From positions 7,130,001 to 7,194,000 of the forward strand of contig OZ059898.1 of the NCBI GenBank assembly GCA_964057225.1: a stretch of DNA of 64,000 bases, read 5' to 3'. The stretch's first letter is position 1. Every line of letters starts with the position of its first letter. Source of the DNA: Auanema rhodensis. Taxonomy: Eukaryota > Animalia > Nematoda. This document shows positions 14,793 to 28,241 of the stretch, in pieces. The translations under genes were made by a program, and so were the position numbers. Below the pieces are notes generated by a model. That model did no database searches, had not been told where the DNA came from, and saw only the letters and a program-made list of their open reading frames with translations.

Positions 14793-14951
14793 CTTATTCC
14801 CAATTACAACAATATTATTTTGAAGTTTATTTATTTGTTTTTTATATTAATTATATTCTTAAAATAAAATAATTAATATAGATAAATAGATAGATATACA
14901 ATTATATGAAGAAAAAATTTACACAAGAAATTAAGATTTTATAAGAAATAT

Positions 14952-14954
<3 letters not shown>

Positions 14955-15010
<56 letters not shown>
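14955..15010. repeat. (AG)28 microsatellite; many smaller (AG)n, (AT)n, (CA)n and (GAA)n tracts occur elsewhere in the window
   Basis: Seen directly. Confidence 0.95.
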
Positions 15011-15014
<4 letters not shown>

Positions 15015-16300
15015 AAGGATAATTAGAATGAATATGATGATATGATAGATGAATTATAATAGATAAATTGATAAATATATGAATATATAATATAGAAATG
15101 ATGATATGGAAAAATAATTATACGTAATTGAATAACAAATGACCATGTAAATAATTATAATCAAGGACATACATATTTCTTTAAATATATTTCTTATAAT
15201 TAATTTATTATTTTTAATAATTATAATATTTTAGAAAATATGAATATTCGATTTTCTAGTCTATCTTCAAGATGTGCAATCAGAAGAGAAGCAAAATAAA
15301 AGCAGCTTAAGTAAACATTTCAAACAAGAAAAAGACATTTGAGAGATAAAACATACGATGAGCCAAGTATTTTCCTATAACTCATGGCATAGAAAACTAA
15401 AAAAAACTTTAAGAATAAAGTTAAATATAAATAAAATTATTTATTTTTATTAATATTATTTATAATTAAGTTGTATTATATGTTATAGGATTAAAATAAT
15501 ATAAATTATGTAAAAAGATGAAATACAGTTCTTGAAAATAAAATTAAAATTTTAAAAATTTGGACAGAATAGTTCTTGCATGAAGTAGAAGCAAACTATT
15601 TAACGTTTGCTAACTATAACAATATAAAATAATAAAATTATTATAAATAAAAAAAAAGGAACCAAAGTATAACAAAAGACTTGAATATACAAATATTCAT
15701 TGATGATGATGTTCGTATAAAACAAGCTACACGTCTTGTAGTAGAATGGCAGAGAACAGCTTGAAGAAGTTCTTATGATGGCGGCAAGAATTTGACATGA
15801 ATAAGTGAAGACACGAAAGAAATGTTCAGGAGGTTGAGAAAAAAGTTTTGTTAGATTCTAGTTAGGCTTGATATGATTGAAGCTGGTTTCTATTAATACA
15901 AATATAATCTTCTAATTATATATGTTTAAATAACATTAAAAAATTCATTTTTTTTACTTGAAATTAGATTGAAAAGACGGTTGGAAGATGATAAAAAGGA
16001 AGAAAAGACAATAGATGATAGACGAAGACGAAGAAGTGTGAAGAAAAAAAATAATATTTGATAATATTGATTTGCAAAGAATAAACTAAAAATAGATGAT
16101 AAGGTCATATATTGATAATAAATGAAATGAAAAGTATTTATATTGATACTTTAAGTTAAGTCAAATAATAACAATATTTAGTATAAAATAATAATTAAAA
16201 TTAAAATAATTAATAAATAAAAATATTAAAAAGAAATAAGAAAACTATAACAATATACATATATTTATATGAATAGAGGAAAAAAGAGAAGAATAGCATA

Positions 16301-16331
<31 letters not shown>

Positions 16332-18925
16332 AAAAGAAAGAGAGAGGGAAATAGAGGGAAAGAGAGAGAGAGAAAAAGAATAAAAGAAAGAGAGTGAGAA
16401 AGATGAATTAGTAGATGAAGAGAAAAGTATGAATAGAGAAAGTATGATCACATAAGCTTCAGTTTAAATCTGATTCATCTGATGAATTTTACGGAGGTGG
16501 TAGACGATTCATCATTGTTATCAGTTTTCAATGCCTCTCTCTTACTTTAGTGCTTGTTCTCTGTATCTCTCACTCTGTCTCTTTCAATACAATATAAAAA
16601 GAAAGTTTGAATGGTTTGTTGAGTAAGGGATAGACGAATGAGATTTACTACTTCGAACCGTTTCATGATCAACAATTCGTGTGAAAACCAAATATATGTA
16701 TAAGAATAAGATTATAAAATATTGATTGAAATGATTAGTATAATTTAAATTTTAAATTTCATAAAATAAATTATAAAATCAATCAAATATATAAGTATTG
16801 TATATGAAAATAAGGAATTGACAAACAAATCTACAAAGCAGATGGTGTGAAATCAATACTCAATGGTCCGTCCTAACCCAATGTCAGAATAGATAACCAT
16901 CTGATTTTCCTCATTTTATCGCTCAGAAATAGTATATTCATAACATATATCATTGAGAGAGTTTAGAGAATATAAGAAATCGAAACTATGAAAGAGCGTT
17001 AAGTATAGGAAAACTATGACCAACTAACTATATAATCGAACTTTTTCTAGTTGGAAGGTTGGGAAACGGTTTGAAATATTATGAAGTCGAATATAGTTGC
17101 TCGATTAACAATGGATCACGACCAGCATAGAGATGAAACTATCCGGAACAGCTATTCAGAATGGATTGTCTGCCCTTCATCATAACAAGTAAGTGAGAAT
17201 AGCAAAAAGGGTCAAAACAGATAAAGGGAAAGAGAGAAGAGATGTAACTGTAGTGGAAGAGTAAAAGAAAGATGAAGAGTAATAGAGATATTTAACTTAA
17301 ATCCATGAAACCAGCTGCATATTTCAAAGATTGCAGCTTGAATGTCAGCTGGAAATACTTAAAGTTCGTAGCTGAAAAATTGAGAGAAAAAAGAAAAAAA
17401 AGAAGTACGTAATAGTTTAAAAGAAAAAAAATAAATGAAAATCAATAGAAATCGAAGAGAGGACATTTCAATTCAATGTTAAAGGCATAATCCTGTTAGA
17501 TCATTTGCCTGAAACAATACGATTTACATATTATAATCATATTATTTAGTTCAAATAGTTAAATATTTTCTATAAGAATAAAAGAAAGAAAAAAAAAGTA
17601 TTTTAGTTACATGTTGTTATGTTGTGACATATGCTTTTGTCATTTGTTCAAAAGAAATTTTAAAAAATGAATTAAATCAAATGAAATCGATAAAAATAAA
17701 CAAAAACATTTATAAATAGTTAGTGTCATGTAAAATAAATGTAATATATTTGTATATAAATAAAAGTTTACCATTTCTAAAACATTAATTATATGTAAAT
17801 ATATAAATATTGTTTGAATTCTATTTGGTTCAATTATTTTATTTAAAAAAAAGAAAAAAAGGAAAGCAAATCAATAGTTTAAAAGGTTTGAGAAAAAGTC
17901 TCAAATATCTTGTGGTGTTAAAAAAAAAAAAGAAAAAGTTACAACTAATATCTTTCTTTTTTTTGTTGATTATATCATTATATTATTAATTATATATAAT
18001 ATAATTAAATTAATATATTATATATTATACTAAAATGATTTTAGCGAATAAGGAAATGGTTGTTTGTGACAATGTTCGTGTCGTATTGGTTCTTTCCCAT
18101 ATAAGGGTTCAACCAATCAGATTCGCTCCAATGCCGATTGGTCAACAAAAGGATCTGATTGAGTGAATATTGAATGTTACAGTTCTAAATTCAATGATTA
18201 CATAATGTTTTTTCTAAATTTATGCATTTTATTACAGTTAACTATATGAATAAATGAAAAATATTTTTAAATAAATAGAATATGAACTATAAATATATAT
18301 TTTTGAATCGAAATAAAGAAAGAAATGTTTTGGGTTAATTACTAATGAAACATATTTGGAAAATAAAGAATATTAGCAATGCTACTGGAAGAAAAGAATA
18401 ATACTTCAGGAGGAAAATAGAATATCAAGTGCTAACGGTTCGAATCTGGGTCTAAAATTGAATAATGATGTCCAGAAGGACAAGGTCATTGAATGATGAG
18501 TGAGAGAAATGAGAATTGAAAAGGAAAACTAAAAGGAAACGAAGAAACAGAGCCTATTAACTTCTCTAAATACATTCCAGCATTATGAATAGTTTCTATG
18601 AATATTATGGAAAAAAAAGGAAACCATTTTCATAAAATCATCATTTTTTGAATTAATAAAAGAAAAAAAATAAGAAAAGAACACATAAAAGTAATACAAT
18701 CAAAGTTAAAAATAACTTTTATTCTAAAAGATTTTTTTATGGTTCATTTCAAACAAAACAATGAAACAAACGGTTGTGACATTCAGTTTTTTCTTCTTTT
18801 TTTTTTATCAAAGAAAGTCAATGAAATGATTGGAAAAAAAAACTTTATAATACAAATTTTACATAAATTTGACACATTAATGATTATTTCTTATATTATA
18901 CATAAATAGATATGGTTTATATAGT

Positions 18926-19391
18926 TTATACTTGACAGCATACAAGATCCAATGATTGAGGTCTTTGTATTGTACAGTTACAACTTTCTTTCCAACGATC
19001 TAACATTTTCTGAAGAAATTAATTAAAATTTTTTTTAAAATTATAATAAACTTACTTTACTAGGACATAATGATTTAAGTAAATTTCTAAAACTACAATC
19101 AGAACATGGACAGCATAATGTGATGAATGAGCAATCAAGAAAAGTTGGTGGAAGTGCAACAGAAAAATGCGTTGGTTTCTGTTTCAAACGAGCTGGCTGA
19201 ATATTAAATTTTTTTTAAATTTAAAATTTATTTGTATAATTAAAACTTACACAAAAATTTAATACTAATATAAAAGCAATGAATATTACACATGAATATG
19301 TAAGTAAAAATAGAAGTAATACTATAGGAAATGGATTATAATCTTCTGCTTTCTCAGAAACTTCATAAGCTTCTGTTATAACTATATCCAT
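18926..19391 (-). CDS. Small (~121 aa) single-pass membrane protein with a Cys-rich tail, 3 exons
   Basis: MDIVITEAYEVSEKAEDYNPFPIVLLLFLLTYSCVIFIAFILVLNFC|PARLKQKPTHFSVALPPTFLDCSFITLCCPCSDCSFRNLLKSLCPSK|KMLDRWKESCNCTIQRPQSLDLVCCQV*. Two phase-0 GTAAGT..TTCAG introns keep the frame. Confidence 0.7.
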
Positions 19392-19848
19392 GTTGATTCA
19401 TATGTATAATAATAGAATAATATGAATAATAATGTTTTCTTAGATCACTAAAAGAAAAATTAAGATATTGGTCAGTTTGTTATTGATTTACATTGGTTGC
19501 TATGGTAACCAAAATATTTCATCTTATTTAAATGTATTTATTATTTATAAATTATATATAATTTTATTATTAAAATTATAATTAAAATTATAAAAGAAGA
19601 TCTTTAAAAATATTTTATTTTAAGAGATTATTTGAATAAATTGATTACAATATGAATTAAAAGAAATTATAGAAGTTCAAAAGTTAAATTAAAAGCTTAC
19701 AAAGTGTACCCGTTTACTTTTAAAACCTGAATGATCAACTTCTAAAGTCATAATCAACCTAAGCTACAACTTTTTGAGAATATATTGTCTATTACATGAA
19801 TTCTATTTTGAATTTGAAATATAAAGCTAATTATGTTCGCACACAAAT

Positions 19849-21587
19849 TTAACGTTTACGGACTCTTGGAGAGTCTTCAATAAAATTATCAGGAAGAGAA
19901 ATAACTGAAGACATTGTGGACATTGACCTGAAAATATTGCTTTTAAAATATTTGAGGAAGAACTTGAAGTTTTCTGAAAAGGGAACCAGTGATCTCGTGG
20001 TGTAGTGGTTATCACATCTGTCTAACACACAGAAGGCCGGCGGTTCGAGCCCGCCCGAGATCAATAGTTTTTGTTTTTTATGTTTCGGTTTTACACGAAT
20101 TATTTTTATATAATTTAAAAAGTTATTAAACTTTTTAAATTATATAAAAATAATTATATAATTTAAAAAGTTATTAAACTTTTTAAATTATATAATATAT
20201 TACACGAATTATTTTTATATAATTTAAAAAGTTATTAAACTTTTTAAATTATATAAAAATAATTACATTAGAAGATACACCAACCTATAATGATCTACCA
20301 CACTTTCTTCAGCATATCGTCTGGAGGAGAATATTGTATCGAAATGGTAAATATGCCAACTATCCAGAAACCATAGTGTTGATCCATATAAAATACATAA
20401 CAAAGCTGAAGATATGTAAGATTTTGAATAAAAAAAAAAGAAAAATGTTTTATTGCACCTGCCAAACAGGTTATATGAAAACAGAATGATAACCGGAAAA
20501 GAAGAACAGTTGATCCATGTTCAGTTGGAAATCGAATAGTCATCTTCCGAGGTATATTACTTATAAAAATAAAATTTCCTTAAAATATAATAATAAATAT
20601 ATAATTATAATTAATTATACCTATTGTAATAAATATTCCTGTGGTTAAAATAGTTTTTGAAAACATATGAGGAAGAAAGCAAAGACATAATAAGCTGATA
20701 CTCCATGTACAAAATGAAAACCATAGCATACATCCGGTATAATATCCTTAAAATAAAATACAATTAATTCTCTTATATTATATAATTATAAATATATAAA
20801 AAATAATAATTATTACCTGCAACACGATATTGTCTACCCCAACTAAAGCCATTGGCTGAAAGATATTCCATAACTTTAAGTATTGGATATGGTAATCCTC
20901 TTTTTAATGCATTATCTAGTTCTTTTTCCAATATATGAACTGTAATATAGTTATATTATATTTAAATTATATATTATTATATTATTGATTTTTATTATAT
21001 AGTTACCATCTTTGAAAGATATTCGTTCATTGTATTTCAAAGGACTTTCACCATTTTGATTGACTTCAATACCTTGAATAGTAAAAGAAATATATAAATA
21101 TATATAAAATTATATATAAATTTACTCGTTAATGACATATTCATGAACTGTAAACCAACTCGAACAGTTATATTTGCTTTGATAGTATCAGATGAAAATG
21201 CTTTGAATTGAGCCTGAATTTGTGTATCAGAACGATGCCAGCATGGATGATATATTGAAACTAAAATAATAATTATTATATGATATAGTATATAATTTAT
21301 AAATAATATTATTAATTACCTAATAAAGAACATCCAACAAACATTAAAAATAAAAAGCTGATAGTTGATGAAATTCGACATTTTCGAATACCACTTAATA
21401 TGATTAGATAAGCTATAGATGGAATGAGAAAAATTGAAACTATTCCAACAATACTTGTATCTTAATCATATTTAATTTATATTATTTATAATAAATAAGA
21501 ATAAATACCTAAAGTGACGGGTGTTCGGTTTTCACCATATTGTGTCGGAGCTCCATACTCTCGGAACGCCGTGAACCATCCGAACAT
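19849..21587 (-). CDS. doxa-1: Dual oxidase maturation factor (DUOXA / NIP-moladietz family)
   Basis: N-terminus MFGWFTAFREYGAPTQYGENRTPVT and internal GLPYPILKVMEYLS..GFSWGRQYRVAGYY are family motifs, with several TM segments. The last exon (19849-19927) is joined in phase by a TTTTCAG acceptor. One-to-one orthology to doxa-1 is inferred. Confidence 0.85.
19991..20063 (+). tRNA. tRNA-Val (AAC)
   Basis: Cloverleaf with GATCTCG/CGAGATC acceptor stem, anticodon arm TCTGT-CTAACAC-ACAGA, GGTTCGA T-loop and a downstream T-run terminator. Confidence 0.97.
20098..20264. repeat. Array of three AT-rich palindromes: two 58-bp copies with perfect 27-bp arms and one shorter copy
   Basis: aattatttttatataatttaaaaagtt-atta-aactttttaaattatataaaaataatt occurs at 20098-20155 and 20207-20264, with a truncated copy at about 20154-20195. 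Confidence 0.9.
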
Positions 21588-22641
21588 GTCACATAGGTCT
21601 CACAAACAGCTCGTAGTTTGGAAACTAAGAAGAAAAATAATTTAATATGAAGATGAATAAGAGATAAATATTTATATATTAAAGAAAATTATACATAATG
21701 AAAAGATAAATATGCTGTTTAAAGGACAATCGGATTTATGTGAGAGAATTCGGACGGAAAAATCCTCGAAGACGGTCAACAGGTTTTAAGCTTTGAATGC
21801 TTTATACCAAACATATACATGCACGAAAGCGAACAGATCAGAGAAGCAACTGAAGATTGCAAAACGGAAGAACAGAGGGATGAAAGGAAAGAAGAAAAGA
21901 GATGGATAGGAAATTGAAAAAATGATTGGAAATTACGTTAAAAGAATTGAATGATAGTAGATGAAGAACACGTAATCAGCTGTTTTATGGATATGATTAA
22001 AGCTGATCAAATTGACAAGCATAGTATCTTTCATCAAAAATATAATATAATATTATTTTTTTTTTGAAAAAGAAAAGAAAAAACAATAAATATGATAGTA
22101 TATATAATATATTTTATAATTTATAATATTATAATCAATATATTTGATCAAAATTATTATGAAAAACAATTTTTTTTTGTTGTTGTTGTAAAACAAAATA
22201 GAAAAAGGGTCAGTTTGCTGAAGTTCATTAAGAAAAGGAACAAGGAACATGATACAATTTTAGGAAAGATAAAGCTGTGAGAAAAACGCCCAAAGAGTGC
22301 TTCTGATAAATCTGATAAACTAGATGAAACAGATGCCTTTTCAAGTGGACTGTTAAAAGCTAATAGATGATGAATAGAATAGGAAGTTAATCATAACAGA
22401 TGACGTTAAAGATTTTCTTTTTGTTAATAAAGAATTGAAAATGAAAATAAAATAGAAGATATATATAGTAAAGAGTATATATAGTATAGTTTAGTTGATA
22501 TTATGTATTTAAAATTTTCAAGTTTTTCCCTTAAAGCATAAACTTATTTTGTTATTTATATAGAAAAGAATAAGTTATATATGATATAAGAACTAGAATA
22601 TAAAAAGATTGTTATTGAACTTCATACATGATATACATGTA

Positions 22642-23341
22642 CAGTCCTGTGCGATGAAGGTTGCACACCCCTATGTTAGAGGCCCCAGATTTCCCCTTCA
22701 AACTACAAAAAAAAATTTTTTTTTAATTTCAAAAATTTTGCGAGTTTATATAGTATATAGTCAGTAAAAATAAATGTTAATACAATAAAAACTGATTTCA
22801 ATATTATTTTCTAAATTTATAAAGAAAAATAGTGTTTTTTGACTAATTTGAATAATTCATCTTAATATAACAAAATTTGAGATTAGGAAGAAGTTAATTC
22901 ATTAGAAATATTTTAAAATGATTCTAAACACAGAGCTCGATCAATAACCAAGTTTTTCCTATGGCATAGCTTCAAACAAGTAAGCTTCATCATCTGAATC
23001 TTACTGAATATCTATGAAGAGAACTTGGTTGACGTACAACCAAATTCTCCCGTTTAAAAGAAAAATTGATGTTTAGGGTACTCCTAACATTCTATCAAAA
23101 AATTATTTCTGAAATCTTGATGAAATTTCTGAAATTCATGAAAAAAGACTTCAAGCAGTTTATGAAAATTTCGGAGACTTCAGAAAATACTTTTAAACAT
23201 GATTTTCAAAACTTTAAAGATTTTTTCTGAATTCATTATCGTTTTTTAACATCCAAAATATATTTTTTCTGAATTTTTGTAGTTTGTCTGAGAAGGTATA
23301 AGGGATTCTAGTGGGTGTGCAACCTTCATCGCACAGGACTG
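22642..23341. mobile_element. Non-autonomous Tc1/mariner-type element (MITE), 700 bp
   Basis: Perfect 29-bp TIRs CAGTCCTGTGCGATGAAGGTTGCACACCC (22642-22670 and 23313-23341), flanked by TA on both sides. The ends start with CAGT as in Tc1/Tc3, and there is no transposase ORF. Confidence 0.92.
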
Positions 23342-24678
23342 TATACTACATGTTGTATACAAGCACAAAAGTATTTTTGAAAAAAAAAATTCTGGATTTG
23401 CCATAGTGAACGGAATGATTTCGTTTCAAACAAAAAAAATGTAAAATTTCTCTCATAGAAAGACATCCTGCTGTGTTGTCTGAATTACTGAATCATATTC
23501 TGACGTTAGCTTAGCTGAAAACCGAACGATCAGAAATGACATCGTTTTGAAGTACAAAAGAGGTTCGGATAAAGAAGAGAGGGGGGAATCTTCAAGGCCA
23601 AAACCAAGCGTTATCTTAGAAATATATAGATTTGAAAGCTTTAGAGCTTTTAGAGCATAAAAAGCTTTTTTTTTTAAGAAAAGTTATAATAAAGAATATA
23701 ATATATAATTAATAATTTATTAAAAATACAATAGAAATTAAACAGTTTGCTATATCTTTTGAAGGAAAAAAACTTCATGTTATAGCTATAAATTACATGT
23801 TTTTGAAAGAAAAAAAGAGTAAAAAAAACTTTGTTATATCAGAAAATCCGAGTTAAAGGTTCGTAGTACATTTTGCTTTCAAAATTTCAAAAAGGAAAAA
23901 CAGGTATTTGATGTAACATAATAAGAAAAAATAATAGATGAACTTTAAATGAACTATAAAACAAATTATTTAGTAATTAGCTATTAATTAAAATTAAATT
24001 ATTAGAATATATTAGCTGAATAAGGTGTTTTTACATCTCAAACATGTAGTAGCATGTTCAGGAATCAGATTTCAATCTGATCTTCTCAGAAAGTCAGACT
24101 GTCTGCTTCGATTGATCAACGAAATCTATTATTTCATTCTTTCTGTTCATCGGTTTCATTCATTCGTGTTTATATCCTTTCTTTTCTTTCCTTTTTTTTT
24201 TAAATTCTTATCCTACCGCTTCTATCGGAATCTAATGGCAGCAACCCGTACCACCTGCTTCTCATCAAAAAACTTTGTTGAAATTTCTATTCTTTTTCAA
24301 AAAAATATAAAAATACTTATAACTATATATAATTATATGAAATAATTAAATTAGATTATTATATTTACTATTACATATAAAATTTTAATTATCTAGAGCA
24401 TTATAAGGGTCTAAATAGAAAACTAGATTGATAATCATTGAAACTGATCAGTTTGACTAATTGGCATTTACAATTAACTATGCGATAATTGACACCAAAT
24501 ACAATATCTGTAAAAATACAATCTATGATATGTTCCTAAACCATATGAAACAACTTTAAAACACTATAATTTGGAAAAAAATAATGAAAAGCATACTGGA
24601 ACCATCAAACATTTTTTTGAAAATGAACAAATTTTTAAATTTTAATATTTTTCGTTTTCATCTTCTCCCCCTCTCTCT

Positions 24679-24718
<40 letters not shown>

Positions 24719-27129
24719 ATCTTTCTCTCTCTAACTATTTGCTAACTAGAGAGAGATAAGAGAAAGATAGTTAAGAAAACTTTTAAAAAACATATTCAGT
24801 GTTAATGGTCATATACGATACTATTCTCGAAATTTAATATTAATTCATTGTAAAGCAAAGAATTCTTAAAAGTGAGAGTTACTTAGAAAAAACAGAAAAA
24901 AATGAACACAGGAAAACAGGCATTGTATTGAGAATGGAAAATGAAAGAAAAGAAATATACAATGATTGAGGAAAATAGGATTTAATTCGTTTGACATGAA
25001 CTGGTTGTGTTCTTTTCCAATTCTTCTAACATACGTGTATATTTCTAGTATATAAAGGTTTCTTTGTGTTAAAATATTGAAAAAAACTAAAATAAAATAT
25101 AAATTCTAACGTTGAGAAAAGTACAGAAGTGGATCATGTCGAAACTTTAGTGAGAAAAGGCGTAAAGCTTTCGACAACAAATCTCTGGTTATCTCGAATT
25201 AATGCTAGATTTCTTATTAGGATGACATAAGTGAGGTTTATTAGATTGTAAGCAACAGACAGATTATTCTAAAATCAAATGTATTAAAGAGGGATTAATA
25301 TATAATGAGTGAATAAGAGAGAGAGAAAAAGATTCAAACCAGTTGTTTACAATGGCAACGAAAATTGTCGTAGACGCCACAGAACCAGATAAAGATTGTT
25401 GGGCTTGATGAGAGAACACAAGGTTGGATTGTGATCGTTCATCATGAAAAAAGACAAGAAGTAGCTTCTTTCTAATATGCAATTAATAAGATTAAAGTTG
25501 TATGAAAAAGAAAATAGTTAATATATATATATATATATATAATTAGAAGATGATTTATGTATAAAGTTATAGTTAATGTCTGGGTCATATCTGTTATATT
25601 GCAACAAGATAAGAAATATAAGTCAAATGTAGAATATTACACTGAATGAATAAAAGTTTAATATAAAGAATAATAATTTCTATTTATTTCTTAACTCTTA
25701 ACTATATGTATAAATATATAAATATATAGTTTTTATATAATAATTTCATCATAATATTTTCTAAATTTTTATATTTAAATATAATGAAAACTATGTGATT
25801 TATAATATATGTATATAATTCTAATTATTTTATATAAACTAGTTTAATTTTGTGTTAATCTTTTGTTATTTTTATAATAATATTAGATTAGATCTAAATT
25901 TGAAAAATATCTTATAATTTGTATTTTTTTAACTTATTCTCATATATATTTAATACTAAGTTAAGTTGATAATATCACATATCAAACTCTGAAAGTTATT
26001 GGCATATTGATTTCAAATAACAATATGTTTATTAATTTCTTTTCCATTCATTCTTTTTTTTTACTTCCTCTTCAATATTTTATATATATAAGAAATATTT
26101 TTATATGAAACAACCATCTAACTATACGTATATTCAGTTTATATTCAAATATAAAAGATCGAAAAATCATGTTTGTTCAAAAATTAAATAAAGCTTTCCC
26201 TCTACATTTCGCAAACTCGTAGGACTACAAACACACATACACACATCATACATCGCTCTTTCTCTCTCTCTCTCTCTCTCGTTTCTCCAATGAATAAACT
26301 TTGGATATTGCTTCTTCGTCTTTTTCTTCTTATTCTTCATTAATTATCACAATTTTTGGTGTTCGTTTTCCAATTTTATGTTATTAAATCATGTTTATAA
26401 TAAACTTTTACTTATTTTACTTATATTTTTTCTCCTATTTCATATCAAATATTAGATATTGATTAGCTGGTTTCAAGAATGCTTACTAATTTTACTATTT
26501 TTTATTTTTTTTAGTAATTTTCATGTAAAAAATGGAATGAATATGATTTTTTTTTCAAAATAACTAAATAAACTAGTTATCTTGAATGCAGAGAAAGAGC
26601 ATAATAGCATTTTCAGAAAAATATGTTGTTTTTCATACTTTAGATGCTATCGACATTAGCTTTTTGTCATATATACGATATATTTTTAAATAGTTATTAA
26701 TCTTATTCTAATTATTTTATGAAATATCATTGAAAATCTTAAAATTTAAGTTCAATATAGTTGAATGTTTAGATGATTTCTTCTTCATATCTTGTGCTTT
26801 GTACATTTTTGTATGTTTCATTGAACATATAATCATAATCAAAACCAAAAGTTCAAATGAAATCAAAAGCTGTCATTTTGATCGGAAATTTAGGGTATGT
26901 GTGCCTATATATACATCTATACACACATATATGAACATTCATTTATAATTTAACCTGTTAGACGACGACTTCAACATTCATTTCATCTAATTTCAATTAA
27001 CTATTCGTCCAGAAGATTCTTTTATTTGTGTATTTCACTTTTATAAATATTTCTATATATTTCTTTTATTTCAAAATATTACTAAATTCTTCAGATTTTT
27101 ACTTTATCTTACATAATATCGAAAAAGAT

Positions 27130-28241
27130 ATGATTCGTGGTTTACTATCTACAAGAACATATGGTAACTTCTATTTTCAATTTTTATAATTGTTTTATAT
27201 TCTTAATATCAAGCTTCTTCAATTGCAAAAGGGGATGTATTCAAGAAGTATTCTTTTGTTCAAGCTTCAAAGAATGATACTGACAAAATAGTGGATTTCT
27301 TATCGCATAGATTCATTAAATTTGAACCACACAGCAAGGTTTCATAATATCATTAGAAATTTATATATTAAGTACCTATCTATTTAGTCTTTGAAACTTA
27401 CACCTAATGATATGAAACCTATAGTGCAATATATTGCTCATAGAAGTTTGTGCCATCCATTCTCTTATCTAATTTATCATAAGGTATGTTTAACTATTAA
27501 ATTTGTCTGTATGTAGTACTTTTGTGACTGCTTGGCGCAATGGTAGCGCGTTCGACTCCAGATCGAAAGGTTGGGCGTTCGATCCGCTCAGTGGTCATAA
27601 TATTTTATCAATATTTCTCTAAATTATATACATTTTTTTATATGGTAACACATGTTTAGGATACATCTGAGCTTGTTGGATGTAGAATGTTTTCCATTGG
27701 ATATAGAGATGAATCCAAAGATGTTAAACCTTTCGAATTAAATGTTGAAGAACTTAATAAGAATGTACTTGTTTTAAGTAATTTTATATTTCTTTTATAA
27801 TCATACTTGTTTATATTTTTAGTTGACACATTGGAAAAAGCTAAATCACACTTTTGGAAGCATGTTGATCCATCAATTGAGAAAGTGATTAGACGAGAAA
27901 TCACATTTGTTGAAAATGCTCATCAGCGTCAAGGAATTGCTAAAGCACTTGCTCATCATGGTTTCGATATTGAAACATTAAAGGTATTATAGTATTATCA
28001 AGAAAAAAATGATAACATAGTATTGATTAGGCTCAAAATTTTGGTGGCTTTGTATCAGAAGCATCATCAATTGCTAATCAAACATTGTTAGAAAAACAAG
28101 GTTATCAGTGCTTATATGAATCAGATTTAAGGCTAAAGGTATTTTTCCTTATAATTTGCCTTTCTTCATTATTTTTTTCTATTTCAGATGGATGATGGAA
28201 CAGATTGTATTAAAGTATACTTCAAAGATATTAGAAAATAA
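27130..28241 (+). CDS. GNAT-family N-acetyltransferase (AANAT-like)
   Basis: The spliced product has ..RFIKFEPHSKSL.., the acetyl-CoA motif A (ITFVENAHQRQGIAKAL) and motif B (SEASSIANQTLLEKQGYQ). Introns are canonical. Confidence 0.85.
27526..27597 (+). tRNA. tRNA-Trp (CCA), inside an intron of the GNAT gene
   Basis: GACTGCT..AGTGGTC acceptor stem, anticodon arm TTCGA-CTCCAGA-TCGAA, GTTCGA T-loop. Confidence 0.97.

Noticed and set aside
19849-20064. 71-aa ORF MISGGLEPPAFCVLDRCDNHYTTR..
   Set aside because: Its N-terminal part is the antisense of tRNA-Val. Only 19849-19927 is plausibly coding, as the last doxa exon.
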